32,606 nt of DNA from Burkholderiaceae bacterium. GTDB taxonomy: Bacteria; Pseudomonadota; Gammaproteobacteria; Burkholderiales; Burkholderiaceae_F. Every line of letters begins with the position of its first letter. Within the stretch, counting starts at the first letter, position 1. Location: assembly GCA_041565015.1 (NCBI GenBank), contig JBFGOX010000001.1:1-32606 (forward strand), given 5' to 3'. The position numbers and the translations under genes are program-made. The notes beneath the pieces were generated by a model that saw only the letters and a program-made list of their open reading frames with translations, did no database searches and was not told the origin of the DNA. Shown here piece after piece: positions 25,920 to 32,606 of this stretch.

Positions 25920-27788
25920 TCAATCCGTTCCGAGCAGGCTATCGGCAGAACATAGGCAATGCGCCTGCGGCGATAAGGGGTCACGGACCGCTTCGCGCAG
26001 CCAGCGCATGTCGCCCCGAATCGACCGCAGGACGTCGGGAACCACATCGGCGACCGGCAGCAGCGCTGACAGCGCCGTGCTCAGAGTCGCCGATTCGTGG
26101 CCGAGGATGACGCCGAGCAGCCGGTCGATGCCGCGCGGCTCGCGCTCGACGTAGACAACGCGGAAATTGTCCGCGAGGCCACCGCGTTTGGCTGCCGCAT
26201 TCAGGGCCTCATGGTAAGTGCCGAGCCGATCGACGAGTTTCTGCTCGAACGCCTGGCGTCCGGTCCAAACGCGGCCCTGTGCCAGTTCGTCCATCTTGCC
26301 CACAGCGATGTTGCGCGCAGCGGCAGCACGGCCGACAAACTCCCGGTAGGTGTGCTGCACGCCGTTCTGTAGCAGATCGCGCACGCGCGGATCGAGCGGA
26401 CGGCGCGGGTCGAGCGCACCAGCCAGCCAGGTCGTCGTCATGCCGTGGGTGTGCAGCGACAGCTTTTCCCAGGCTCGATGCGCCGTTGGAATAAGGGCGA
26501 TGACGCCGATCGATCCGGTGATCGCGGCCGGATCGGCAATCACTTCGTCGGCCGACATCGAGATCCAGTAACCGCCCGAAGCGGCCACGTCGCCAATCGA
26601 CACCAAAACCGGCTTGCCTGCTAGCTGCGTGAGTTCCATTTCACGCCGGATCAGTTCGGCGCCGAATACGGTGCCTCCGGGTGAGTCGACGCGCAAGAGA
26701 ACCGCCTTGATCGTGGTGTCCTCACGCGCGCGGCGAAGCAGTTCGGCGGTGGATCGCCCACCGACCAGACCTTGCGGTTGCTCGCCATCGAGGATCTCGC
26801 CGGTCGCCACGACGACGCCCACCGCGTCGCCGCGCTCGCGTCTTTCCAGTGTGGCCAGGTACGCGGGCAGCGAGACTTGCCGGAAAGATTTCTTGGTCGC
26901 GTCGGCCGCACCGCGTTCGACCATCAGTGCCCGCAGCTCGTCGCGGGTCATCAATCGGTCGACAAGCTTGTTTTCAAGCGCCAGCTTGGCCGGGTTGCCG
27001 TTAACGGCGGCAAAGCGTTGGGGCAATTCGGCGATCAGCTGGGCAATGCTGCCGGTCGGCAGACTGCGTGCCAGTTCGATGCCATCGACATACTGCTCCC
27101 AGAGATCATTGAGCAATGCGGCTTCGTCGCGACGCGCCGCCTCCGACGGCTCGTTCTGCGTGAACGGTTCGGCGAAGCTTTTGTACTCGCCGACTTTGAA
27201 TACATTGACCGTCACGCCGATCGCATCAAGGGCATCGCGGTAGTAGTTGCGGTAGCCGCCGAAGCCCTGGACAAGCACGCGGCCAAAAGGGTGCAGCATC
27301 ACCTCGTTGGCGTGCGCGGCGATGAAGTAGCGGCGCTGATCGAAGGCCGATCCCCAGGCGACGACCTGCTTGCCGCCCGCCTTGAACCGTTCGAGTGCCG
27401 CGGCGACCTCGCGCAGTGTTGCCAGTCCGGCGCCCTGGAAATCATCAAGCAGCAGGACGATGCGGCCGATCTTCGGGTCGTTCGCCGCGCCGTCGAGCGC
27501 TTCAAGGAGGTCGCGCAACTGCGTTTCCCGTTCGCGGTCGGCGAGCGCCTGCACGAACAACAGGTTCGACGACGTTCCAGTGCGCTGCTCGACGATCGGC
27601 CCTTTGATATCGAGCACCAGCGCGGTGTTGTCCTCGAGCGTCGGCGTGCGCTCTTCGAAGAGCCAGGCAACCACCAGCAGGGCAACGATCGCCAGGAACA
27701 GCAGGTTCAGCAGCAGTCGGCGAAGAAAATTGACCGTGTCCCAGGCAAAGCCGAAAAACCGTCGAATGAGGCCGGGGCGAGCAGCCAT
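25920..27788 (-). CDS. sppA: signal peptide peptidase SppA, 67K type
   Basis: 622-aa product with an N-terminal TM helix and two S49 repeats (second: VSIGDVAASGGYWISMSADEVIADP). GGAG lies 6 nt before ATG 27788. Confidence 0.92.
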   Translation of the reverse strand: MAARPGLIRRFFGFAWDTVNFLRRLLLNLLFLAIVALLVVAWLFEERTPTLEDNTALVLDIKGPIVEQRTGTSSNLLFVQALADRERETQLRDLLEALDGAANDPKIGRIVLLLDDFQGAGLATLREVAAALERFKAGGKQVVAWGSAFDQRRYFIAAHANEVMLHPFGRVLVQGFGGYRNYYRDALDAIGVTVNVFKVGEYKSFAEPFTQNEPSEAARRDEAALLNDLWEQYVDGIELARSLPTGSIAQLIAELPQRFAAVNGNPAKLALENKLVDRLMTRDELRALMVERGAADATKKSFRQVSLPAYLATLERRERGDAVGVVVATGEILDGEQPQGLVGGRSTAELLRRAREDTTIKAVLLRVDSPGGTVFGAELIRREMELTQLAGKPVLVSIGDVAASGGYWISMSADEVIADPAAITGSIGVIALIPTAHRAWEKLSLHTHGMTTTWLAGALDPRRPLDPRVRDLLQNGVQHTYREFVGRAAAARNIAVGKMDELAQGRVWTGRQAFEQKLVDRLGTYHEALNAAAKRGGLADNFRVVYVEREPRGIDRLLGVILGHESATLSTALSALLPVADVVPDVLRSIRGDMRWLREAVRDPLSPQAHCLCSADSLLGTD

Positions 27789-27849
27789 GGATGGCTCCGT
27801 ATGCAGAAAAGATTGGCGATCGACAGCTTACCGGGGCGCCAGGACGGGC

Positions 27850-28551
27850 TCAGCGCCGCAGGCGCTCCCACGCACGCGGCAGTTCGCGCACAGAACGTAC
27901 GCGCAGCCCGACGTATGCGGCGCGCAGGTTGCCGGATTTTGCGGAACTACGAGTCACCAGCACGGTACGAAAACCGACTGCGCGCGCAGCGCGCAGGTTG
28001 ACGGCACTGTCCTCGACGAGGATCGCGGCTGCCCCCGGCACGCGTTCACGGGCCAGCACGTGCCGGAGCATGCCGCGGGAGGGTTTGGGCCGGAATGTGC
28101 CATGTACGCGCATCTTCTCGATGGCGTACCTCGCCCCCACGCGCCGATGCAGACCCAGTTCGCGCAGGATCACTGCCGCATAGGCGTCGGGCGCGTTGGT
28201 CAACAGCACCTTGCGACCGGGCAGACGGGCGAACAGTCGCGCCAGCCCGCGTTCGGCGCGCAGTAGTCCGGCGATATCGAAATCGTGGGTTTCACGCAGA
28301 AAATGGTGCGGGTCGACCGCATGATGGCGCATCAGCCCAAGCATCGTTGCGCCATATCGTCGCCAATACGTCAGGCGGAGCAGGTTCGCCTGCTCGCGGC
28401 CCACCTTGAGGTACTGCTCGACATAGTCGGTCATGCGACCGTTGATGGCGCCGAACATCGCATGCGAGGCATCGTGCAGCGTGTTGTCGAGGTCGAAGAA
28501 CCAGACTGGCGGCGGCCGCCGCGCACGCGGCCGTTCGGGCCGTGCGTGCAT
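27850..28551 (-). CDS. HAD family hydrolase, pyrimidine 5'-nucleotidase-like
   Basis: HAD motif I is WFFDLDNTLHD. Downstream LLTNAP and a VEDS motif are present. The start is either ATG 28551 or TTG 28587, neither with a clear SD. Confidence 0.82.
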   Translation of the reverse strand: MHARPERPRARRPPPVWFFDLDNTLHDASHAMFGAINGRMTDYVEQYLKVGREQANLLRLTYWRRYGATMLGLMRHHAVDPHHFLRETHDFDIAGLLRAERGLARLFARLPGRKVLLTNAPDAYAAVILRELGLHRRVGARYAIEKMRVHGTFRPKPSRGMLRHVLARERVPGAAAILVEDSAVNLRAARAVGFRTVLVTRSSAKSGNLRAAYVGLRVRSVRELPRAWERLRR

Positions 28552-28639
28552 AGCGGCCGAAATTGTTCGCGGGCGACCTGAGTTCAATTGCAGCGAAGGT
28601 GCGCAAGTGTGCGCCGGGCAGGCGCGGAGTCCACGGGGT

Positions 28640-29527
28640 TCAGTGGCTCTTGATCATCGTGCCGACGCCGGCGTCGGTGAGGATTTCAAGCAGCAGGCAG
28701 TGATCGACTCGGCCGTCGATGACGTGCACAGCGTTCACGCCGCTCTTGGCCGCCTCCAGCGCCGAAGCGATCTTCGGCAGCATGCCACCGGAAATCGTCC
28801 CGTCGGCAAAAAGTTCATCGATCTGACGGGACGTCAGCCCCGTCAGCAACTTGCCGTTCTTGTCGAGCACGCCAGGCGTGTTGGTGAGCATCACAAGCTT
28901 CTCGGCCTTCAGGATTTCGGCGATCTTCCCTGCCACGACGTCAGCGTTGATGTTGTAGGTCGTGCCGTCTTCGCCGAAACCGATCGGCGAGATCACCGGG
29001 ATAAACGCATCGTCCTGCAGCGCCTTGACCACCGCTGGACTGATGGCCTCGATCTCGCCGACATGACCGATGTCATGGCTCTTCGTCGGGTCATCCTTGT
29101 CCAGCATGCGCAGCTTGCGGGCTCGGATCAGCGCGCCGTCCTTGCCCGTGAGGCCGACCGCCTGGCCGCCGAAGCTGTTGATCATCATCACCAGCTCCCC
29201 CTGCACCTCGCCGGCCAGCACCCATTCGACGATTTCCATCGTCTCGGTATCCGTCACGCGCATTCCCTGGATGAATTGCGGCTTCTTGCCGACCCGTTCG
29301 AGCGCCTCGTCGATCTGCGGTCCGCCGCCATGGACAACCACCGGGTTCATGCCGACGAGCTTGAGCAGCACGACATCGTGCGCAAAGCTTTCCTTCAGCT
29401 TCTGGTCGACCATCGCGTTGCCGCCGTATTTGACGACGATGGTCTTGCCGTGGAAGCGGCGAATGTAGGGTAGCGCCTCGGACAGAATGTCGGCCTTGAT
29501 GTCCGGCGTGATCTGAAGACGTTGCAT
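28640..29527 (-). CDS. argB: acetylglutamate kinase
   Basis: 295-aa product with [38 protein letters not shown] and MLPKI motifs. Confidence 0.95.
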   Translation of the reverse strand: MQRLQITPDIKADILSEALPYIRRFHGKTIVVKYGGNAMVDQKLKESFAHDVVLLKLVGMNPVVVHGGGPQIDEALERVGKKPQFIQGMRVTDTETMEIVEWVLAGEVQGELVMMINSFGGQAVGLTGKDGALIRARKLRMLDKDDPTKSHDIGHVGEIEAISPAVVKALQDDAFIPVISPIGFGEDGTTYNINADVVAGKIAEILKAEKLVMLTNTPGVLDKNGKLLTGLTSRQIDELFADGTISGGMLPKIASALEAAKSGVNAVHVIDGRVDHCLLLEILTDAGVGTMIKSH

Positions 29528-29533
29528 TGAGGC

Positions 29534-29552
29534 GAATCCCGTTGAATCCCGT
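29534..29552. repeat. direct repeat GAATCCCGT x2 with 10-bp period just upstream of argB
   Basis: gaatcccgt occurs at 29534-29542 and 29544-29552, that is 7-25 nt upstream of the argB ATG (29527, minus strand). A 7-bp hairpin gcgcttc-gaggaa-gaagcgc follows at 29556-29575. Confidence 0.85.
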
Positions 29553-29673
29553 CGCGCGCTTCGAGGAAGAAGCGCTCAAAGTCTAGCAAGCGCGACTTGC
29601 CGAGCACTCCACGGCGCCCCGTCGCCGCCCTCACACGGAACTAAGATAGCGACTCTGGACGGAGGCAGGACGT

Positions 29674-29880
29674 ATGGCAAACGAACTGGAAATTTCGGGA
29701 ATGCACTGCGGTGGCTGCGTCAACCGCGTCGCCAAGGCGTTGCGCGCCCTCGACCCCGGCGTCACCGTCACGCTTGCGCCGCCACGTGCGGTCTTTTCAC
29801 CGGATGCGCAGATTTCGCTGGCCGCGGTCAACGACACGTTGGCCAAGGCCGGTGAATACCGCGCTAGCGAACTCGCGTGA
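29674..29880 (+). CDS. heavy-metal-associated (HMA) domain protein, CopZ-like
   Basis: 68-aa product with the metal-binding motif GMHCGGC near the N-terminus. GGAGG (29661-29665) lies upstream of ATG 29674. Confidence 0.8.
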   Translation: MANELEISGMHCGGCVNRVAKALRALDPGVTVTLAPPRAVFSPDAQISLAAVNDTLAKAGEYRASELA

Positions 29881-29893
29881 GCGCAATGACGTC

Positions 29894-29920
29894 GGCCGGC
29901 GGAATCGACACCGGCCGGCC
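29894..29920. terminator. GC-rich hairpin between the convergent HMA gene and hslU
   Basis: ggccggc (29894-29900) pairs with gccggcc (29914-29920), with two more pairs after a 1-nt bulge and an 8-nt loop. No U-tract on either strand. Confidence 0.2.
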
Positions 29921-29932
29921 CCAATGGCTCGC

Positions 29933-31249
29933 CTACAACACGTAGCGGGCCAGATCCTCGTTGCGCGAAAGATCGGCAAGCCGAGCATTGACGTAGGCGG
30001 CGTCGATCGTGATCTCGCGCCGCTGCCCGCTGCCGGCATCGAACGAGATCTCCTCGAGCAGCCGTTCCATCACGGTGTACAGGCGCCGGGCACCGATGTT
30101 TTCAGTCCTCTCGTTGACCGAGTAGGCGATTTCGGCCAGGCGCCGGATCCCCTCGCCCGTGAAATCGAGCCGCACATCGTCGGTCGCAAGCAGGGATTCG
30201 TACTGCCGCGTCAGGCAGGCGTCGGTGCCGGTCAGGATCTGTTCGAAATCCTGCACCGACAGCGAATCGAGCTCGACCCGGATCGGGAAACGACCTTGCA
30301 GTTCGGGCACCAGGTCCGACGGCTTGGCGTAGTGGAATGCGCCCGAGGCGATGAACAGGATGTGATCAGTCTTCACCATTCCGTACTTGGTGTTCACCGT
30401 CGTACCTTCGACCAGCGGTAGCAGATCACGCTGCACGCCCTGCCGTGAAACGTCGGCACCGCCGACCTCGGAGCGGGCGGCGATCTTGTCGATTTCGTCG
30501 AGGAAAACGATGCCATTCTGCTCGACGCTCGCCAGGGCGCGCGACTTCAGTTCTTCCTCGTTGACCAGCTTGGCGGCCTCCTCGTCGACCAGCAGCTTGA
30601 ACGCCTCGCGCACGCGCAGCTTGCGGCTGCGTCGCCTGCCCTGACCGAGATTGGCGAACATTGACTGGATCTGCTGCGTCAGATCTTCCATGCCCGGCGG
30701 CGCCATCACCTCCATCGTCGGCGCCGGCTGCGCGATCTCGATCTCGATCTCGGTGTCGTCGAGCTGGCCTTCGCGCAGTTTCTTGCGGAACTTCTGGCGT
30801 GCGGCGCCTTCGTCGTCGCGGCGCTGCGCTTCGCCCATCGGCAGTGGCACCAGCACGTCGAGGATGCGGTCTTCGGCAGCATCCTCGGCGCGCGCGCGCA
30901 TCTTCTTCATTTCCGCTTCGCGCGTCTGCTTCACGGCAGTATCGACCAGATCACGAATGATCGAGTCCACGTCGCGGCCGACGTAGCCGACTTCGGTGAA
31001 CTTGGTCGCCTCGATCTTGATAAACGGCGCATCGGCCAAGCGCGCCAGACGGCGAGCGATCTCGGTCTTGCCGACGCCAGTCGGACCGATCATCAGGATG
31101 TTCTTCGGCGTGATCTCACTGCGCAGCGGCTCGTCGACATGCTGCCGGCGCCAGCGGTTGCGCAGGGCAATGGCCACCGCGCGCTTGGCGCGATCCTGGC
31201 CGATGATGTTCTTGTTCAGTTCGTGAACGATTTCGCGGGGGGTCATCAT
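29933..31249 (-). CDS. hslU: ATP-dependent protease ATPase subunit HslU
   Basis: [35 protein letters not shown], Walker [17 protein letters not shown], and Walker [10 protein letters not shown]. Confidence 0.97.
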   Translation of the reverse strand: MMTPREIVHELNKNIIGQDRAKRAVAIALRNRWRRQHVDEPLRSEITPKNILMIGPTGVGKTEIARRLARLADAPFIKIEATKFTEVGYVGRDVDSIIRDLVDTAVKQTREAEMKKMRARAEDAAEDRILDVLVPLPMGEAQRRDDEGAARQKFRKKLREGQLDDTEIEIEIAQPAPTMEVMAPPGMEDLTQQIQSMFANLGQGRRRSRKLRVREAFKLLVDEEAAKLVNEEELKSRALASVEQNGIVFLDEIDKIAARSEVGGADVSRQGVQRDLLPLVEGTTVNTKYGMVKTDHILFIASGAFHYAKPSDLVPELQGRFPIRVELDSLSVQDFEQILTGTDACLTRQYESLLATDDVRLDFTGEGIRRLAEIAYSVNERTENIGARRLYTVMERLLEEISFDAGSGQRREITIDAAYVNARLADLSRNEDLARYVL

Positions 31250-31259
31250 GGTGCATTCG

Positions 31260-31304
31260 CTTTGCGTGTACGCGACCGCTGCGCAGTCGCACGTGCACGC
31301 AAAG
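31260..31304 (-). other. long interrupted stem-loop in the hslV-hslU spacer
   Basis: 31260-31268 (ctttgcgtg) pairs with 31296-31304 (cacgcaaag). Inner pairs are 31269-31272 with 31292-31295 and 31273-31276 with 31286-31289, leaving a 9-nt loop. On the transcript the structure ends 10 nt before the hslU AUG. Confidence 0.5.
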
Positions 31305-31317
31305 TGCTCAATTTAGG

Positions 31318-31350
31318 CGAGCCGCCTTGAGGCGGCTCGGCGGCGGCTCG
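31318..31350 (-). other. 9-bp GC-rich hairpin with a duplicated arm (alternative pairings)
   Basis: cgagccgcc (31318-31326), loop ttga, ggcggctcg (31331-31339). A second identical ggcggctcg lies at 31342-31350, so the single complementary arm can pair with either copy. Confidence 0.55.
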
Positions 31351-31384
31351 CAAGGAAAAATCCACGACAAGACACTCACCGTTC

Positions 31385-31921
31385 CTAGTCGATCGACTCG
31401 ATCGTGTGCGACTGGTTGGTGTAGATGCACAGGTCACCGGCGATGGCCAGCGCCTTGCCGACGATTTCGACCGGTGGCAGTTCGGTATTGTCGAGCAGCG
31501 CCCGTGCCGCCGCCTGCGCATACGGGCCGCCAGAGCCGATGGCGATCAGACCGTGTTCGGGTTCGAGCACGTCGCCGTTGCCGGTGATGATCAGCGACGT
31601 TTCGCGATCGGCGACCGCCAGCATCGCCTCCAGCCGGCGCAGGATGCGATCGGTACGCCAGTCCTTGGCCAGTTCGACCGCCGAGCGCAGCAAATTGCCC
31701 TGGTGCTTTTCGAGCTTGGCCTCGAAGCGCTCAAACAGCGTGAAAGCATCGGCCGTGGCCCCGGCGAAACCGGCAAGGATGCGGTCGTGGTAAAGGCGGC
31801 GCACCTTGCGCGCCGTCTGCTTGACGACGATATTGCCGAGAGTGACCTGGCCGTCGCCACCCATTGCGACCCGAGCGCCACGTCGCGCACTGACGATGGT
31901 CGTTCCGTGGAACATTTCCAT
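31385..31921 (-). CDS. hslV: ATP-dependent protease subunit HslV
   Basis: [15 protein letters not shown] (catalytic Thr after a short leader), GDGQVTLGN and GSGGPYA. Confidence 0.96.
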   Translation of the reverse strand: MEMFHGTTIVSARRGARVAMGGDGQVTLGNIVVKQTARKVRRLYHDRILAGFAGATADAFTLFERFEAKLEKHQGNLLRSAVELAKDWRTDRILRRLEAMLAVADRETSLIITGNGDVLEPEHGLIAIGSGGPYAQAAARALLDNTELPPVEIVGKALAIAGDLCIYTNQSHTIESID

Positions 31922-31928
31922 GAGCGGG

Positions 31929-31955
31929 ATCTGGGGGCGTCGGCGCGGGTTTCAA
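31929..31955 (-). promoter_or_regulatory. sigma32 (RpoH)-like heat-shock promoter candidate for hslVU
   Basis: The minus strand reads TTGAAA (31955-31950), a 13-nt spacer, then CCCCAGAT (31936-31929), then 7 nt (cccgctc), then the hslV ATG (31921). The commonly quoted sigma32 consensus is CTTGAAA-N13/14-CCCCATnT. Confidence 0.4.
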
Positions 31956-31970
31956 CCGCCCCGCGCACAA

Positions 31971-32606
31971 TCAACCGCGACGCGGCAGCACGGGGACGAG
32001 CGAGGTGACGCCCAGCAGGTTGAGCAGCGCAGCGATCAGCGCATTGACGTTGTGCAGTTCAACCTGTGATCCGCCTTGCTGGATCTTGCGCAGGGTTCCG
32101 ATCAGCGCCGAACCGGCGGAAAACGCCAGCCGTCGCAGCTGATTGCAGTCGATCACGACCTTCGGTTGGTTGCGCGACGCGGAGATGATCCGGCCGAAAT
32201 GCGGTTCGCCCTCGCCGTCGACCACACCACGCAGTTCGAACGGCGACGCCACCGCGGGCGCGGCCGCAACGCCGGCCGAAGCCGATGCCGCCGCGACCTT
32301 GAGGTTCGCCGGGGCCGCCTCCCAGGACGGCGGCGAGACTTCGAAGGTGATGCAGTACTGGATCGCGGTTTCCTCGAATTCCTCCTGCCGGCCGAGCATG
32401 CGTTGCAATTCCAGCAGCAGCATCCAAAGCGCATCGGAAGCATCGCGCCGGCCGGATTCGATCGAGCGCGAAAGCACTTCGGCGAGCGACGCCGCCCCGA
32501 CCACCGTCAATTCGCGTTGTGACTTCTTGAACGCCTTCAAAACGCGCAGCAGCAGGTCGGCGCCGGCGGCATCGGCGCGCCGCGCATCCGAGACATCGAG
32601 TTGTAT
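31971..32606 (-). CDS. tandem STAS domain-containing protein (5' end outside the window)
   Basis: The minus-strand frame is open to the window edge; the ORF-track start 32540 is only the first TTG. Residues from the edge (IQLDVSDARRADAAGADLLLRVLKAFKKSQRELTVVGA) read as the end of one STAS fold. The C-terminus (VVIDCNQLRRLAFSAGSALIGTLRKIQQGGSQVELHNVNALIAALLNLLGV) reads as a second. The two are joined by a helical and Ala-rich linker. Confidence 0.65.
   Translation of the reverse strand: MQLDVSDARRADAAGADLLLRVLKAFKKSQRELTVVGAASLAEVLSRSIESGRRDASDALWMLLLELQRMLGRQEEFEETAIQYCITFEVSPPSWEAAPANLKVAAASASAGVAAAPAVASPFELRGVVDGEGEPHFGRIISASRNQPKVVIDCNQLRRLAFSAGSALIGTLRKIQQGGSQVELHNVNALIAALLNLLGVTSLVPVLPRRG

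Noticed and set aside
29528-29560. ArgR ARG box upstream of argB.
   Set aside because: Only direct (T)GAAT half-sites are present. There is no TGAAT-N4-ATTCA-type palindrome. The region is kept only as a repeat observation.
1-32606. Window-wide scan for CRISPR-like regularly spaced repeats, tRNA/rRNA genes, IS/transposase or integrase genes, phage genes, toxin-antitoxin pairs or known defence genes.
   Set aside because: None seen. Intergenic gaps are short (the largest is 246 nt). All sizable ORFs are accounted for by housekeeping families. The only repeats are the short ones listed. The scan was by eye and cannot exclude small RNAs.

Overview
GC-rich (roughly two-thirds G+C by eye), densely packed chromosomal segment. 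Gene content and order look like a betaproteobacterial core genome (Burkholderiales/Rhodocyclales-like); that placement is inferred from synteny and motif recall, not from a search. I support 38 protein-coding genes. They fall into familiar conserved blocks: lpoA-yraN-BON lipoprotein; lemA plus an M48 protease; dat-ybeD-lipB-lipA; birA-coaX-SPOR; trmL; metY; rhodanese-grxC-secB-gpsA-LOG; gpmA-envC-ctp; moeB-dsbB; slmA; sppA; HAD nucleotidase-argB; hslVU. Many ORF-track entries are spurious antisense or off-frame ORFs typical of high-GC DNA. Several real genes start well inside the listed ORF, and I re-picked those starts from Shine-Dalgarno (SD) sequences and N-terminal conservation. I see no rRNA, tRNA, CRISPR array, transposase, integrase, phage gene or recognisable defence or toxin-antitoxin module. 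I therefore do not find a convincing novel multi-gene system. The region reads as ordinary housekeeping and cell-envelope genome. The observations most worth a second look are: (1) the LemA/M48 protease pair, where the protease carries a ~318-aa non-protease C-terminal extension; (2) a sigma32-like heat-shock promoter directly abutting an SD-less hslV start codon, suggesting a leaderless transcript; (3) an unusually long, structured 135-nt hslV-hslU spacer with a duplicated hairpin arm; (4) an orphan ATP-grasp ligase; (5) a 160-aa protein I cannot place in a family, whose start region is buried in a hairpin; (6) several small repeats and palindromes in the few intergenic gaps. All family calls rest on motifs I recognise in the translations, and none has been checked against a database.
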